Shown: positions 51,220-62,149 of the stretch, one piece after another | How positions within the stretch are numbered: the first letter of the stretch is position 1 | Layout of the letters: each line of letters opens with the position of its first letter | Origin: Squalus acanthias | Lineage: Eukaryota | DNA: 64,000 nt | Assembly (NCBI GenBank): GCA_030390025.1 | Contig: CM059432.1 | Span: 34,722,001 to 34,786,000, forward strand | Reading direction: 5' to 3' | Notes under the pieces: generated by a model | What the model saw: the letters and a program-made list of their open reading frames with translations, nothing else | Database searches by the model: none | What the model was told of the DNA's origin: nothing | Position numbers and translations under genes: made by a program

Positions 51220-51955
51220 CATTAACTTAAAGGGCCTTCAAATTATCAAAATCAAATTGAAATTTTTTGTCGGCCCGCGAGACGATGCACTCCAGTCCCC
51301 GCGGCGCCCACCTGTCGCGGAAGGCCACGAGCTTGCCGGCGGACACCGCGTGCTCCATCTCCAGGGCCACCCGGCCGCGAACATAGCCGCGGAAGAGAGG
51401 CAGGCAATCGGGCCGGACGACCCCCTCGACCTCCCGCTGCCTGGACCTGTTAATGGCCACTTTGGCCAGGCCCAGGAGCAGTCCTACGAGGAGGTCCTCC
51501 GACCTGCCCGCTCCCCTCCACACCGGGTGACCGTAGATCAGGAGCGTGGGACTGAAGTGCAGCCAAAAATCAAGGAGCAGCCCCTTCAAGTAATAAAACA
51601 GGGGCTGCAACCTCTCGCATTCCATGTACGCATGGAACATGGACTCCTCCAGGCCGCAGAAATGGCAGGCGGCTGGGAGTCCGTGAACCTACTTAAGAAC
51701 TTATTGCACGGGACTGCTCCATGCAACACCCTCCAGGCCATGTCCCCAATAGAAAGGGGGAGGACTCCCGCGTAGAGAGCCCTCCATTGGGGACCTCCGC
51801 CTCCGCCGGACGGCAGGATGGCACGCCAAGGCGTGTCCGGTCGGCAGGCGAAGATGACAAAGTGGAGAGTGTGCAGGAGCAGCCCGTACAGGAAACCCCT
51901 CCGCGCAGAGCTAAAGGGCACGGAGGGCATTTCCCCGAGGAGGCTCAAGTTCAAC
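51220..51955 (-). mobile_element. Tx1-clade LINE 3' fragment (zf-RVT region)
   Basis: DMAWRVLHGAVPCN...FHAYMECERLQPLF...LLGLAKVAINRSR; CpG-rich, so probably young. Confidence 0.85.
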
Positions 51956-52169
51956 TTCAGCTGCTGTTGCTGGGAGTCTGTTCCATGAGAAAAGTTTCCG
52001 CTAACCTCTCAATTCATTTAATTTGTTAACTTGAACACTTCGTCCTTTAGTTCTGTGCTCTCAGTGTAAGTCAAGCATCTGAATTTAGTTTTAGTGAACT
52101 TGAGGCCCATCATTGGGCATGGCAGAACTTAACCTCCCCCGCCACAAGAATGCAACCCTTGACCCTGGC

Positions 52170-52483
52170 TTGGGTTGCCAACCCTCCCAGATTATCATGG
52201 CGTCTCCAGAAATTAAAAATTAATTGTTGTGAGCAACCCAGGAGAAAGATCACAGGGGCATAAAAAATTATCGGAGATGGGGAAAAAAGGCTACTTGACT
52301 GACGTCAAGAATCAGCCAATGGGGTAACGAAGAGTCTGTTTGATTGGTGTGCGAAGGCGATGCACCGTGAGGATGGACGTGTTAGGTGACCAATGGCAGG
52401 AGTGTGGGGGTGGGGCGATTTGACGGTGGGAGGTCATGTGATGAAATCTCTCCGAATACATCCAATCAGAGATAGCAACCCTA
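52170..52483. mobile_element. hAT (Blackjack-like) MITE
   Basis: GGGTTGCCAAC...GATAGCAACCCTA termini; flanking CCTGGCTT/TCTGGCTT 8-bp near-duplication. Confidence 0.65.
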
Positions 52484-52745
52484 TCTGGCTTATTTAATGG
52501 AGAATTGTTGTAATTGCGGCCTCTGTCTAGAGTAATGGCAGAGAATGTCTGTGGCACACCTGTATAAAGTTGAAAAAATTTTCCTTCTCAAATTTGGCAC
52601 CAGCTGAAACCGCCGTCAGCGCAGAATGGGGAGAATATCCTGCTGTGATGTATCAAGCATGTTACCACCGAAATGGTTCATAGGCTAAACCCTTACAGTA
52701 ATTACAAGCAAGAGAGGAAGCAAGCGAGAAGATGGGTGAACGTAC

Positions 52746-52861
52746 CACATTGCACTTGCTGCCCTGAGGTACACTGAAAGGAATATCTCGTGAGGTACGG
52801 GTGGAAGAATTGACACTGTGAGTTCAGCCTTTCGTAACACTTGTCATGTTTCATGCAGCAC
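52746..52861 (-). CDS. Secreted phospholipase A2, catalytic exon: (W)CCMKHDKCYERLNSQCQFFHPYLTRYSFQCTSGQQVQC
   Basis: CCxxHDxCY His48/Asp49 motif; acceptor ttattttgcag, donor G|gtacgt; phases 2 and 1 match neighbours; absent from the ORF track. Confidence 0.95.
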
Positions 52862-52899
52862 CTGCAAAATAAACAGACAGAATCAGTGGCCCCTTATAT

Positions 52900-53265
52900 G
52901 GGCACAGTTGTGTGGCGGTTAGTAATTCAGAGACCTGCACTAATAATCCAGAGAACTGTGAGTTCAAATCCCATCATGTCAGTTTGAGAATTTGAATTCA
53001 ATTGAAATAATCTGGAAATAAAAAGTTGGTGTCAGTAAAAGTGACCATGAAGCTGTCAGATTGTCGTAAAAACCCAACTGGTTCACTAATGTCCTTTTAG
53101 GAAAGGAAATCTGCCGTCCTTACCCTGTCTGGCCTATATACGACTAGTCCCACACCAATGTGGTTGACTCTTAACTGCCCTCTAACGTGGCCTCGCAAGC
53201 TACCATCACTTTCTCAGGGCAACAAGGGATGGGTAATAAATGCTGGCCTTGCCAGCGACGCTCAC
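52900..53265 (+). mobile_element. tRNA-derived SINE whose 3' tail matches the RTE-X-like LINE
   Basis: B box GAGTTCAAATCC; tail AGGGATGGGTAATAAATGCTGGCCTTGCCAGCGA. Confidence 0.7.
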
Positions 53266-53369
53266 CTGAGGTGAAGGTAGTCCCTGTGGCTAAGACTTTA
53301 AACTGAGGTCCATGCCTCTCCCACAAGTTCAGGCGGCTCTGTCTGAAGATGAGCAGGGAGTCTAACATA

Positions 53370-56300
53370 ACATAGAATTACATAGAATTTCATGGAATAT
53401 ACACCACAGAAACAGGCCATTCGGCCCAACCAGTCCATGTCTGCATTTATGCTCCACTCGAGCCTCCTCCCATCCTTCCTCATCTAACTCTATCAGCATA
53501 ACCCTCTATTCCCTTCTCCCTCATATGCTTATCTAGCTTCCCCATAAATGCATCTATACTATTCACCTCAACTACTCTTTATGGTAGCGAGTTCCACATT
53601 CTCACCACTCTCTGGGTAAAGAAGCTCCTTCTGAATTCTCTATTTGATTTTTTGGTGACTATCTTATATTGATGGCCTTTAGTTTAGCTCTTCCCCACTA
53701 GTGGAAACACTCTCTCTCTATCTACTCTATCAAAACCTTTCATAAGTTTAAAGACCTCTATTAGGTCACCCATCAGCCTTCTCTTTTCAAGAGAACAGAG
53801 ACCCAGCCTATGCATCCTTTCCTGATAGGTATAACCTCGCATTTCTGGTATCATTCTTGTAAATCATTTTTGTACCCTCTCCAGTGCCTCTATATCCTTT
53901 TTATAATATGACGACCAGAATTGCACGCAGTACTCCAAGTGTGGTTGAACCAAGATTCGAAAGAAGTTTAGCATAACTTCACTACTTTTCAATTCTATCC
54001 CTCTAGAAATAAACCTTGGTGCTTGGTTTGCTTTTTTTAATGGCCTTATTAACCTGTGTCGCTACTTTTAGTGATTTGTGTATTTGTACTCCGAGATCCC
54101 TTTGCTCCTCTACCCCATTTAGATTCTTATTTTCTAAGTAATATATGACCTCCTTATTTTTTCTTACCAAAATGTAATACCTCACACTTCTATCTGTGTT
54201 GAAATTCATTTGCCAATTATATGCACATTCTGCTAGTTTATTAATGTCTTCTTGTAATTTCATAGAATCATAAACGGTTACAGCACAGAAGCAGGCCATT
54301 CAGCCCGTCGAGCCCGTGCTGGCTCCCTGCAGGAGCACTTCAGCTAGTCCCACTCCCCCGCCCTTTCCCTGTAGCCCTGCAAAAAAATTTCCTTCAGGTA
54401 CTTATCCAATTCCCTTTTGAAAGCCATGACTGAGTCTGCCTCCACCACCCTTTCGGACAGTGCATTTCACTTCATAACCACTCGCTGCGTAAAAGTTTTT
54501 TTCCTCATGTCGCCCTTGGTTCTTTTGACAATCACCCTTACATCTGTGTCCTCTGGTTCTCGACCCTTCTGCCAATGGGAACAGTTTCTCTCTATCTACT
54601 CTGTCCAGACCCCTCATGATTTTGAACACCTCTATCAAATCTCCTCTCAACCTTCTCCGCTCCGCACAGAGCTGGGGAGGGTGAACAGCCAGAGATCATG
54701 GTCCATATTGCTACCAACGACATAGGTAGAAAGAGGGATGAGGTCCTGCAGGCAGATTTTAGGGAGCTAGGAAAGAAATTAAAAAGCAAGACCTCAAAAG
54801 TAGTAATCTCTGGATTACTCCCAGTGCCACGCGCGAGTGAGTATAGAAATAGGAGGATACAGCAGATGAATGCATGGCTGGAGAGATGGTGCAGGAGGGA
54901 GGGCTTCAGATTCCTGGGGTATTGGGGCCGGTTCTGGGGGAAGTGGGACCTGTACAGGCCGATGGGTTGCAGCTCAACAGAGCCAGTACCAATATCCTCA
55001 TGGGGAGGTTTGCTAGTGCTCTTGGGGAGGGTTTAAACTAAGTTGGCAGGGGGATGGGTACCAGGATGTAGCAGTAGAAAGGAGAAACAAAGGATTGGGA
55101 GAGACGGATAGCACTAAAGTAAGAAATAGTACGGTATTAGGTGGGGTCAGACTAAGAGAGAACACAGGATGATCTAAGATAGGTTTACAGTGTATGTGTG
55201 TAAACGCACGCAGCACAGTAAACAAGGTTGGTGAGCTGCAGGCACAAATAGCCACATGGGAATACAATGTCATGGCAAGAACAGAGACCTTGCTCAAAAA
55301 AGGGCAGGATTGGGTATTAAATATTCCTGGATATAGGGTATTCAGGAAAGATGGGGAAGGAAAGATAGGAGGTGGTGTGGCAGTATTGGTTAAGGAGAAT
55401 GTTACACTGCTGGAGAGAGAGGATGTCCTGGAGGGATCAAGGACAGAATCTATATGGCTAGAAATTATAGAGGTGCCATTACACTACTAGGTGTATTCTA
55501 TAGGCCACCAAATAGTGGGAAAAATATGGAGGAGCAAATTTGCAGGGAAATTACAGAGAGGTGCAAGAACTATAGAGTAGTAATGGGGGACTTCAACTAT
55601 CCTAATATAGACTGGGATAGTAATAGTGTAAAGGGCAGGGAGGGGAAGAATTTCTGAAGTGTGTTCAGGAGCACTTTCTTAATCAGTGGACTTCAGGAGG
55701 ACATAGACAGGCTGGTGGAATGGGTGGACACGTGGCAGATGAAATTTAATGCAGAAAAGTGTGAAGTGATATATTTTGGTAGAAAGAATGAGGAGAGGAA
55801 ATATAAACGAAAGGGTACAATCCTAAAGGAGACGCATGAACAGAGAGACCTGAGGGTATATGTGCACAAATCGTTGAAGGTGGCAGGGCAGGTTGAGAAA
55901 GCAGTTAAAAAAGCTTACAGGATCCTGGGCTTCATGAATAGAGGTATAGGGCTGGATTTTATCTTAGATCCGGAGGTCGAGGCGGGACTGCTGGTTTTTG
56001 GGTTTCAGTCCCGCCCCCAGCGACGTCTGACGAACAGGCGCTATTTTCCCTTGATTGGCCTTGTTAAGCCCGCCCTGCGGGCTTACCGGCCAATTAAGGG
56101 AAAGCCGGTGACAGATGACGTCAGTGCATGACGCTTCATCTGCCGGTTTTGTTAAAGTGACAGGCACCATAATTTTTTGACAGATGAATTGTCAGTGTTT
56201 GACAGCATTGAGGTGCTGTCAAACACTGACAATCACTGTCCAAAGGTGAGCCTTTGCACCCAGGCTCTCCAGTGACACTCTCCTTAGGATGAAACAGATG

Positions 56301-57435
56301 GCAGCTGCATGTGAGATTGCAGAAGCCATCTGTCACTTCTCCCGATGAGATGAGGCTGCACAAACACATCACAGCTTGTCACCTGCAGAAGCATCAAACC
56401 ACAGTAAAAAAAAATTCCCAACATTCTCTCACCTGTCATATTTACCAGTGTCCCATTGCAGCCTTCACACTACCTCTGCAGCTGTCATTTCTACAGTTAC
56501 AGTACAACAGACCCACAGCTCGCCTCACTTACCCTGGCGGGGTTTCCCGACATCGGAAAGCCCGCAGCAGTCGGCACAAAATGGGAAAAAGCCTCTTAAC
56601 TGCCTGTGAACTACCTGTTAACAGGCAGTTAATTGGCTCTAATCCCCTTCCCGCCGCTAGGAGACGGGTCCCTGTGCGAATCGGGGACCCGCCTCCCGGG
56701 AAGATCGTTTGGAGGCGGGTTTCGAGCGGGTTTGGGACCTGCTCCCATTTTTTACCATTTTGCCACCGGTCCCGCCTCCAAACCCGCCCCCTGAGCGCCG
56801 GCAAAATCCCCCCCATAGAGTACAAAAGCGTGGAAATTATGATGACCCTGTATAAAACACTGGTTTGGCCTCAACTGGACTATTGTGTCCAATTCTGGGC
56901 ACTGCACTGTAGAAAGGATATGAAGACCTTCGAGAGGGTGCAGAAAAGATTTACGAGAATGATTTCAGGGATAAGGGACTTCAGTTACGTGGATAGACTG
57001 GAGAAGCTGGGGTTGTCCTCCTTCATAGAATCATAGAATGGTTACAGCACAGAAGAAGACCATTCAGCCCGTCGAGCCCGTGCCGGCTCTCTGCAAGAGC
57101 ACTTCAGCTAGTTCCACTCCCCCGCCCTTTGCTGAATTCTAAAATCCTCCCAATCCTCAGGCTTACTATTTCTTTTGGCAACATTATAAGCCTCTTTCTT
57201 TGATCTAATACTATTTTTAACTTATCTTGTTGGACCACTTTTCCTGTGGGGTTTTTGTGCCTTCAAGCAATGTATATTTGTTGTAAGTTATGTATTAATT
57301 CTTTAAATGCTAGCCTTTGCTTACCTACCACCATACCTTTTAATGTAGTTTCACAATCTACCTTAGCCAACTCGCCCCTCATATCTATGTAGTTTGCTTT
57401 GTTTAGATTTAAGACCCTAGTTCAGACTTAACTTA
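53370..57435. mobile_element. Cluster of nested CR1 fragments on both strands, including ORF1 esterase and APE start at 54660-55680 (+)
   Basis: VHIATNDIGRK...VVISGLLPVPRA (SGNH esterase), VNARSTVNK, GDFNYP, several RT-tail fragments. Confidence 0.88.
55949..56814. mobile_element. Non-autonomous Harbinger-type MITE with ATA TSD, inserted in CR1
   Basis: GGGCTGGATTTT...AAAATCCCCCCC; ATA at 55946-55948 and 56815-56817; CR1 reads NRGI|EYKS across the site. Confidence 0.88.
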
Positions 57436-57631
57436 CAACAGTGACTACACTTGAAAAGTAATTCATTGGCTGGAAAGTGCTTTGGGGCGTCCTGATGTCG
57501 TGAAAGGCGCTATGTAAATGCAAGTTCCTTCTATCCTCTGTTTGCTGTGAGAGCAGGACTGACTTCAGGTGCCCACCAGAGGGAGCAATCAGCTTAGAGC
57601 TGGAAGCTTGGTTGCGAAGTGCCGTGAAATC

Positions 57632-58730
57632 TTCTTCTTAGGCAGTCCCTCGGAACCGAGGATGACTTGCTTCCACATTAAAAATGAGTTCTCCGGTGAC
57701 TGATGAGTCCAATGCGGGGCCTACAGTCTCTGTCACAGGTGGGGCAGACGGTGGTTGAAGGGGCGGGTGGGTGGGGTGCTTGGGTTGACGTGCGCTCCTT
57801 CCGCTGTTTGCGCTTGGCTTCCGCTTGCTCCCGGCGAAGAGACTCAAGGTGTTCGGCGCCTTCCCGGATGTTTCTTCTCCACTTTGTGCGGTCTTGGGCC
57901 AGAGATTCCCAGGTGTCGGAAGGGATGTTGCACCTTTTCAAGGAGGCTTTGAGGGTGTCCTTGAAGCGTTTCCTCTGCCCTCCTGGGGCTCTCTTGCCGT
58001 GTCAGAGCTCCGAGTAGTGCGCTTGTTTTGGGAGTCTCGTATCGGGCATGCGGACGATGTGGCCCGTCCATCGGAGCTGATCGAGCGTGGTCAAAGCTTC
58101 GATGCTGGGGATGTTGGCCTGAGCGAGAACACGGACGTTGGTGCGCCTATCCTGCCAATGGATTTGCAGGATCTTGCGGAGGCAGTGTTGGTGGTACCTC
58201 TCCACTGCTTTGAGGTGCCTGCTGTACATGGTCCATGTCTCTGAGGCATACAGGAGGGCGGGTATCACTACTGCTCTGTAGACCATGAGCTTGGTGCCGG
58301 GTTTGAGGTCCTGGTCTTCGAACACTCTCTTCCTCAGGTGACTGAAGGCTGCACTGGCACACTGAAGGCGGTGTTGGACTTTGTCATCGACATCTGCCCT
58401 TGTTGACAGTAGGCTCCCGAGGTATGGAAAGTGGTCCACGTTGTCCAAGGCCTTGTCGTGGCAAGGCTTCAAGTACAAGGCTCCAAGCACTGGCATCTGC
58501 TGGACTACGTCATCGTCCGAGCGAGGAACCGCAAGGACGTCCGCATCACCCGCGCCATGACAGAAGCTGACGACTGCTGGACAGACCACCGCCTAATCCA
58601 CCCTGTCATCTCCATCAATGTAGCCCCAAAACAGCGGCGGCAACAGAAACAATGCCGCAGGAAAATCAATGCCGGAGCACTCAAAGACCCCGCTAAGAAA
58701 GCCCTATTCAGCCTGCGCCTCACAACCACA
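57632..58730 (-). mobile_element. RTE-clade LINE with 5' inversion/deletion
   Basis: Minus part 57632 to about 58455 (FPYLGS, YASETW, zinc finger, AAG tail); plus part about 58460-58730 (HLLDYVIV...WTDHRLI); TSD GCYGTGAAATC. Confidence 0.88.
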
Positions 58731-59099
58731 GCTGTGAAATCACAGGGCTGGGAGGGACTGCCTCTCAACCACCCCACTCCCAGGAGCAACTTCATCCTTT
58801 GAAGCGGCACTGTTGGTAAATGCACTGCCCAGCATAGCACTGAGCCCTACAGACTCGGAAGATCCAGGTTTGATCTTGGCCATGTTGAATCATTTCAAGT
58901 GCAGTTCCTTCTGCTGTTTTAATAAAAGTGTAACTAACGCATATGCTGCGATTTCAACCTTTGGGTTTTCATGGACTCCCGTCCTTCCTTCTCTTAAAGA
59001 TTCCATCTCCCTTAATGAGGTATGGTTCCACTTAACCCCATACGCAGCCATTATTCATTGTAAACCTTGCCAGCCAACTACACCCTCATGTCTTGTGGG

Positions 59100-59600
59100 T
59101 GTTTCTATATCTCTCTGACACTCCATGTGTGTGAAACCCTCTCTCCTGCTCTCTATCCTTGTGTGTGTCTCTCTGTTTCTGTCTCTCTGTGTCTGTGACT
59201 TGGTGCTTATCTCTGTCTTTGTGTGTTTCTCTCTGTGCCTTTCATTCTGTGTTTCTGTCTTTGTCTCACCAGCTTTGAATCTTTATCTATCTCTGACTAT
59301 GTACATCTCTCTCTGCGTCTCTGTCTCTATCTTGCTGTCTCTCCCACTCTCTATCTCTCTCTCTCCTCATCTGTCTCTCTCCATGCCTGTGTGTCTCTCT
59401 CTGTCTGTTTCTCTCTGTCTCCTTCTCCGGCAGACACGATGAGCCGAATGGCCTCCTTCTGTGCCGTAAACCTCTATGATTCTCATCTCTGTGTATGTAT
59501 CTCTATCTCTTTGTGTGACTCTCTCTTACTTTGTGTGGCTCTCTCGCTTTGTGTCCACATCTCCATGTCTGTCCCTCTCTGTGTCTCACTCTAATGCTCT
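59100..59600. repeat. (TC/TG)-rich low-complexity tract
   Basis: Degenerate tctctgtgt repeats. Confidence 0.85.
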
Positions 59601-59719
59601 CTAATTCTCCATTTGATCAGAAATCTGTGCTAATCTCTACACTGAAACTAAATAGTAAGCATATTTATAGACGTTCCCTTACTTAGTAACTTTTAGTATT
59701 GCATATTGGTTTGAATATG

Positions 59720-60590
59720 TAATTTGGAGGAGGGGGTGCACAAGAGGCCAGAGCCAGAGTTGGAGGAATACATTCTGGGGGTTGTAGGGCTGGAGGAAAT
59801 TACAGAAGTAGGGAGGGTTGAGGCCATGAAGGGATTTAAAAACAAGGATGAGAATTGGATTTTAAATAGGAGGTATTGGGGGAACAAGAGCTTATGTAGG
59901 TCAGCGAGCACTTGTGTGATGGGTGAATGGGACTTAGCGAGAGTTAGGATACGGGCAGCAGAGTTTTGGATGAGCTCAAGTTTATGGAGGGTGGAAGAAG
60001 GGAGGCCGGCCAGGAGAGCATTGGAATAGTCGAGTGTGGAGGTGACAAAGGTATGAATGAGAGTTTCAGCAGCAGATGGGCTGAGGCAGACGATATTAAC
60101 GAGGTGGAAGCTGGCAGTCTTGGTGATGGAGAGGATATGGGCTCAGACGCTCAACTGAGGGTTGAATAGGTTGCTGAGATTGCAAACAGTCTTATTCAGC
60201 CTGAGGCAGTGAGCAAAGAGGTAGTTGGAATTGGTGATAAGGGAACGGAGTTTGTGGCGGGGGCTGAAGACAATGGCTTTGGTCTTCCCAATGTTTAATA
60301 CGAGGAAAGAGCAGCTCATCCAGAACTGCATGTCGGACAAGCAGTCTGGCAGAGGCTGTGGAGGGGTCGAGAGAGCTGGTGGAGAGGTAGAGTTGGGTGT
60401 CATCGGTCTACAGGAGTAAGCTGGCCCCATATTTTCTGTTGCATTTGAGGGACAGCAAGCAAATGAAGAAGAAGAAGAAGGGCCAAGAGTGTCCTTTGGG
60501 AACTCCAGATGTAATGGAGCAGTGGGCAGGACAAAAAGCAATTGCAAGAGATTCTCTTGCTCCGACTGGAAAGGTAAGGATGGAATCTTA
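59720..60590 (-). mobile_element. L2 LINE 3' fragment
   Basis: DCLSDMQFWMSCSFLVLNIGKTKAIVF; homologous to 10965-11370 and 16005-16495. Confidence 0.8.
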
Positions 60591-60634
60591 TAAAGATAAA
60601 GAAGGCCTTTCATCCCATTCACTATCATCAAGGG

Positions 60635-61060
60635 TGCCACCTCTGAGTCGGCAGGTCGTGGGTTCAAGCCCCACTCCAGAGACTTGAACACAAAATCTAG
60701 GCTGACATTCCAGTGATGTATTGAGGGAGTGCTGCACTGTCGGAGGTGCTGTCTTTTTAGATGAGACATTAAATCGAGGCCTCGTCTGCCATCTCAGATG
60801 GATGTAAAAGACCCCATGGTACTATTCGAAGAAGAGCAGGAGTTCTGCCGGTGTCTTGGCCAACATTGTTCACTTAATCAGCACCTAAAATGGATGATCT
60901 GGTCATTTACTTCATTGCAGTTTGTGGGTGCTTGCTGTGCGCAAATTGGCTGCCGTGTTTCCTACATTACAATAGTGACTATACTTCAGACGATCTTCAT
61001 TGGCTTTAAACGCTTTGGGATGTCCTGAGGTCGTGGAAAGCGCTAAATAAATGCAAGTCC
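60635..61060 (+). mobile_element. DeuSINE (SacSINE1-like) copy
   Basis: B box GGTTCAAGCC, conserved body, tail TAAATGCAAGT. Confidence 0.8.
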
Positions 61061-61921
61061 TTTTTGAATACTGACCCCACTGTCTCCACATTACAGCATC
61101 TGAATCTCTCTTAATGGATGGGCAATTAATGCTGGCCTTGCCAGCAATGCCCACATCCCATGAATGAATAAAAAAACAATTAATCTAGTGTCTTTTCCTC
61201 AATGACCATTCATGGCAATCTGTTGAACATCTTTTGTGCAAATAAATGGTGTCTCTTCTAAACTTGTCCTTCCCAGCACTGACTCTCTCACTCATTCTGC
61301 TGCCCCCGGGTACCTTCAAAGTACTGTTCCGGGTTTACCTTTTCTATCCTACTTAGTATCTTAAGCCCCGATTTTAACCAAACCCATTTGGTAGGAATGG
61401 GTCGAATGACAGATTTACATTCCATCCAATATAAAGTCAACGGAATGTAAAATTGGGCAGGGTGTAAAAGGGCATCGGACCCAAACTGCCCCATTACCGC
61501 TGGGTGTAATTGTTAAATTTGGGGGCTTTACTTCGTAATAGCCCCTGCTGGATGGAACAAAGGAGGTAGATTTCCATTGCTGCCTGGTCGTTAATCGGGC
61601 AGTTTCTGTTACCAACGTGGGATCCTCCCTACCTGAATTTCCTCTCTGTGCCCCACCCAGGCGATGGGAGAGATAGAAATCTAAGCCCCGTTCTCACCCC
61701 CACCCCGGTGTGTAGATGTTGCGCAAGGCAGGATGGGACTCCCAGGGCATGCCAATGCACGACGGCTACTCGGGTTAGCTACCAAGAGCAGCTGGCACCG
61801 TAAAACAACAGTTCCCTCCCACCATTGAGTCAGCACCCTTTTGGGAGAGATGTCGGAATTGGAAAGGATGCTTAAAGAAGGAATGAGTCAGACTGATGTG
61901 AGGTATCCAAGCTGGCAGTAC

Positions 61922-62114
61922 CAGTCAGTTCCGTCTACCGGTTTCCCGGCTCCACGCACGCCACACCAGCAGCCATAGTTAAGGTAGCTCCAAGTTATCT
62001 GAAGGATGTTCTTCCCAGTAGTGCAGGACACCACTTTGGCCAGCTGCAGGATATCACGTCTGTGACGCACGTGCTGTCCACGTACTTGCAGCATCAACAG
62101 TAAGACTATGAGTC
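61922..62114 (-). CDS. Secreted phospholipase A2, exon with signal end, propeptide, N-terminal helix and Ca2+ loop
   Basis: LIVLLLMLQVRGQHVRHRR/DILQLAKVVSCTTG...YGCWCGVRGAGKPVDGTD; acceptor ccttttctccacag, donor TG|gtactg. Confidence 0.95.
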
Positions 62115-62149
62115 CTGTGGAGAAAAGGAGAGTGAGGGTGTGAGCTGTG

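Noticed and set aside
51095..51775. 226-aa plus-strand ORF
   Set aside because: Antisense shadow of the GC-rich Tx1 fragment
56311..57036. 241-aa ORF
   Set aside because: Chance read-through from MITE sequence into a CR1 ORF2 fragment
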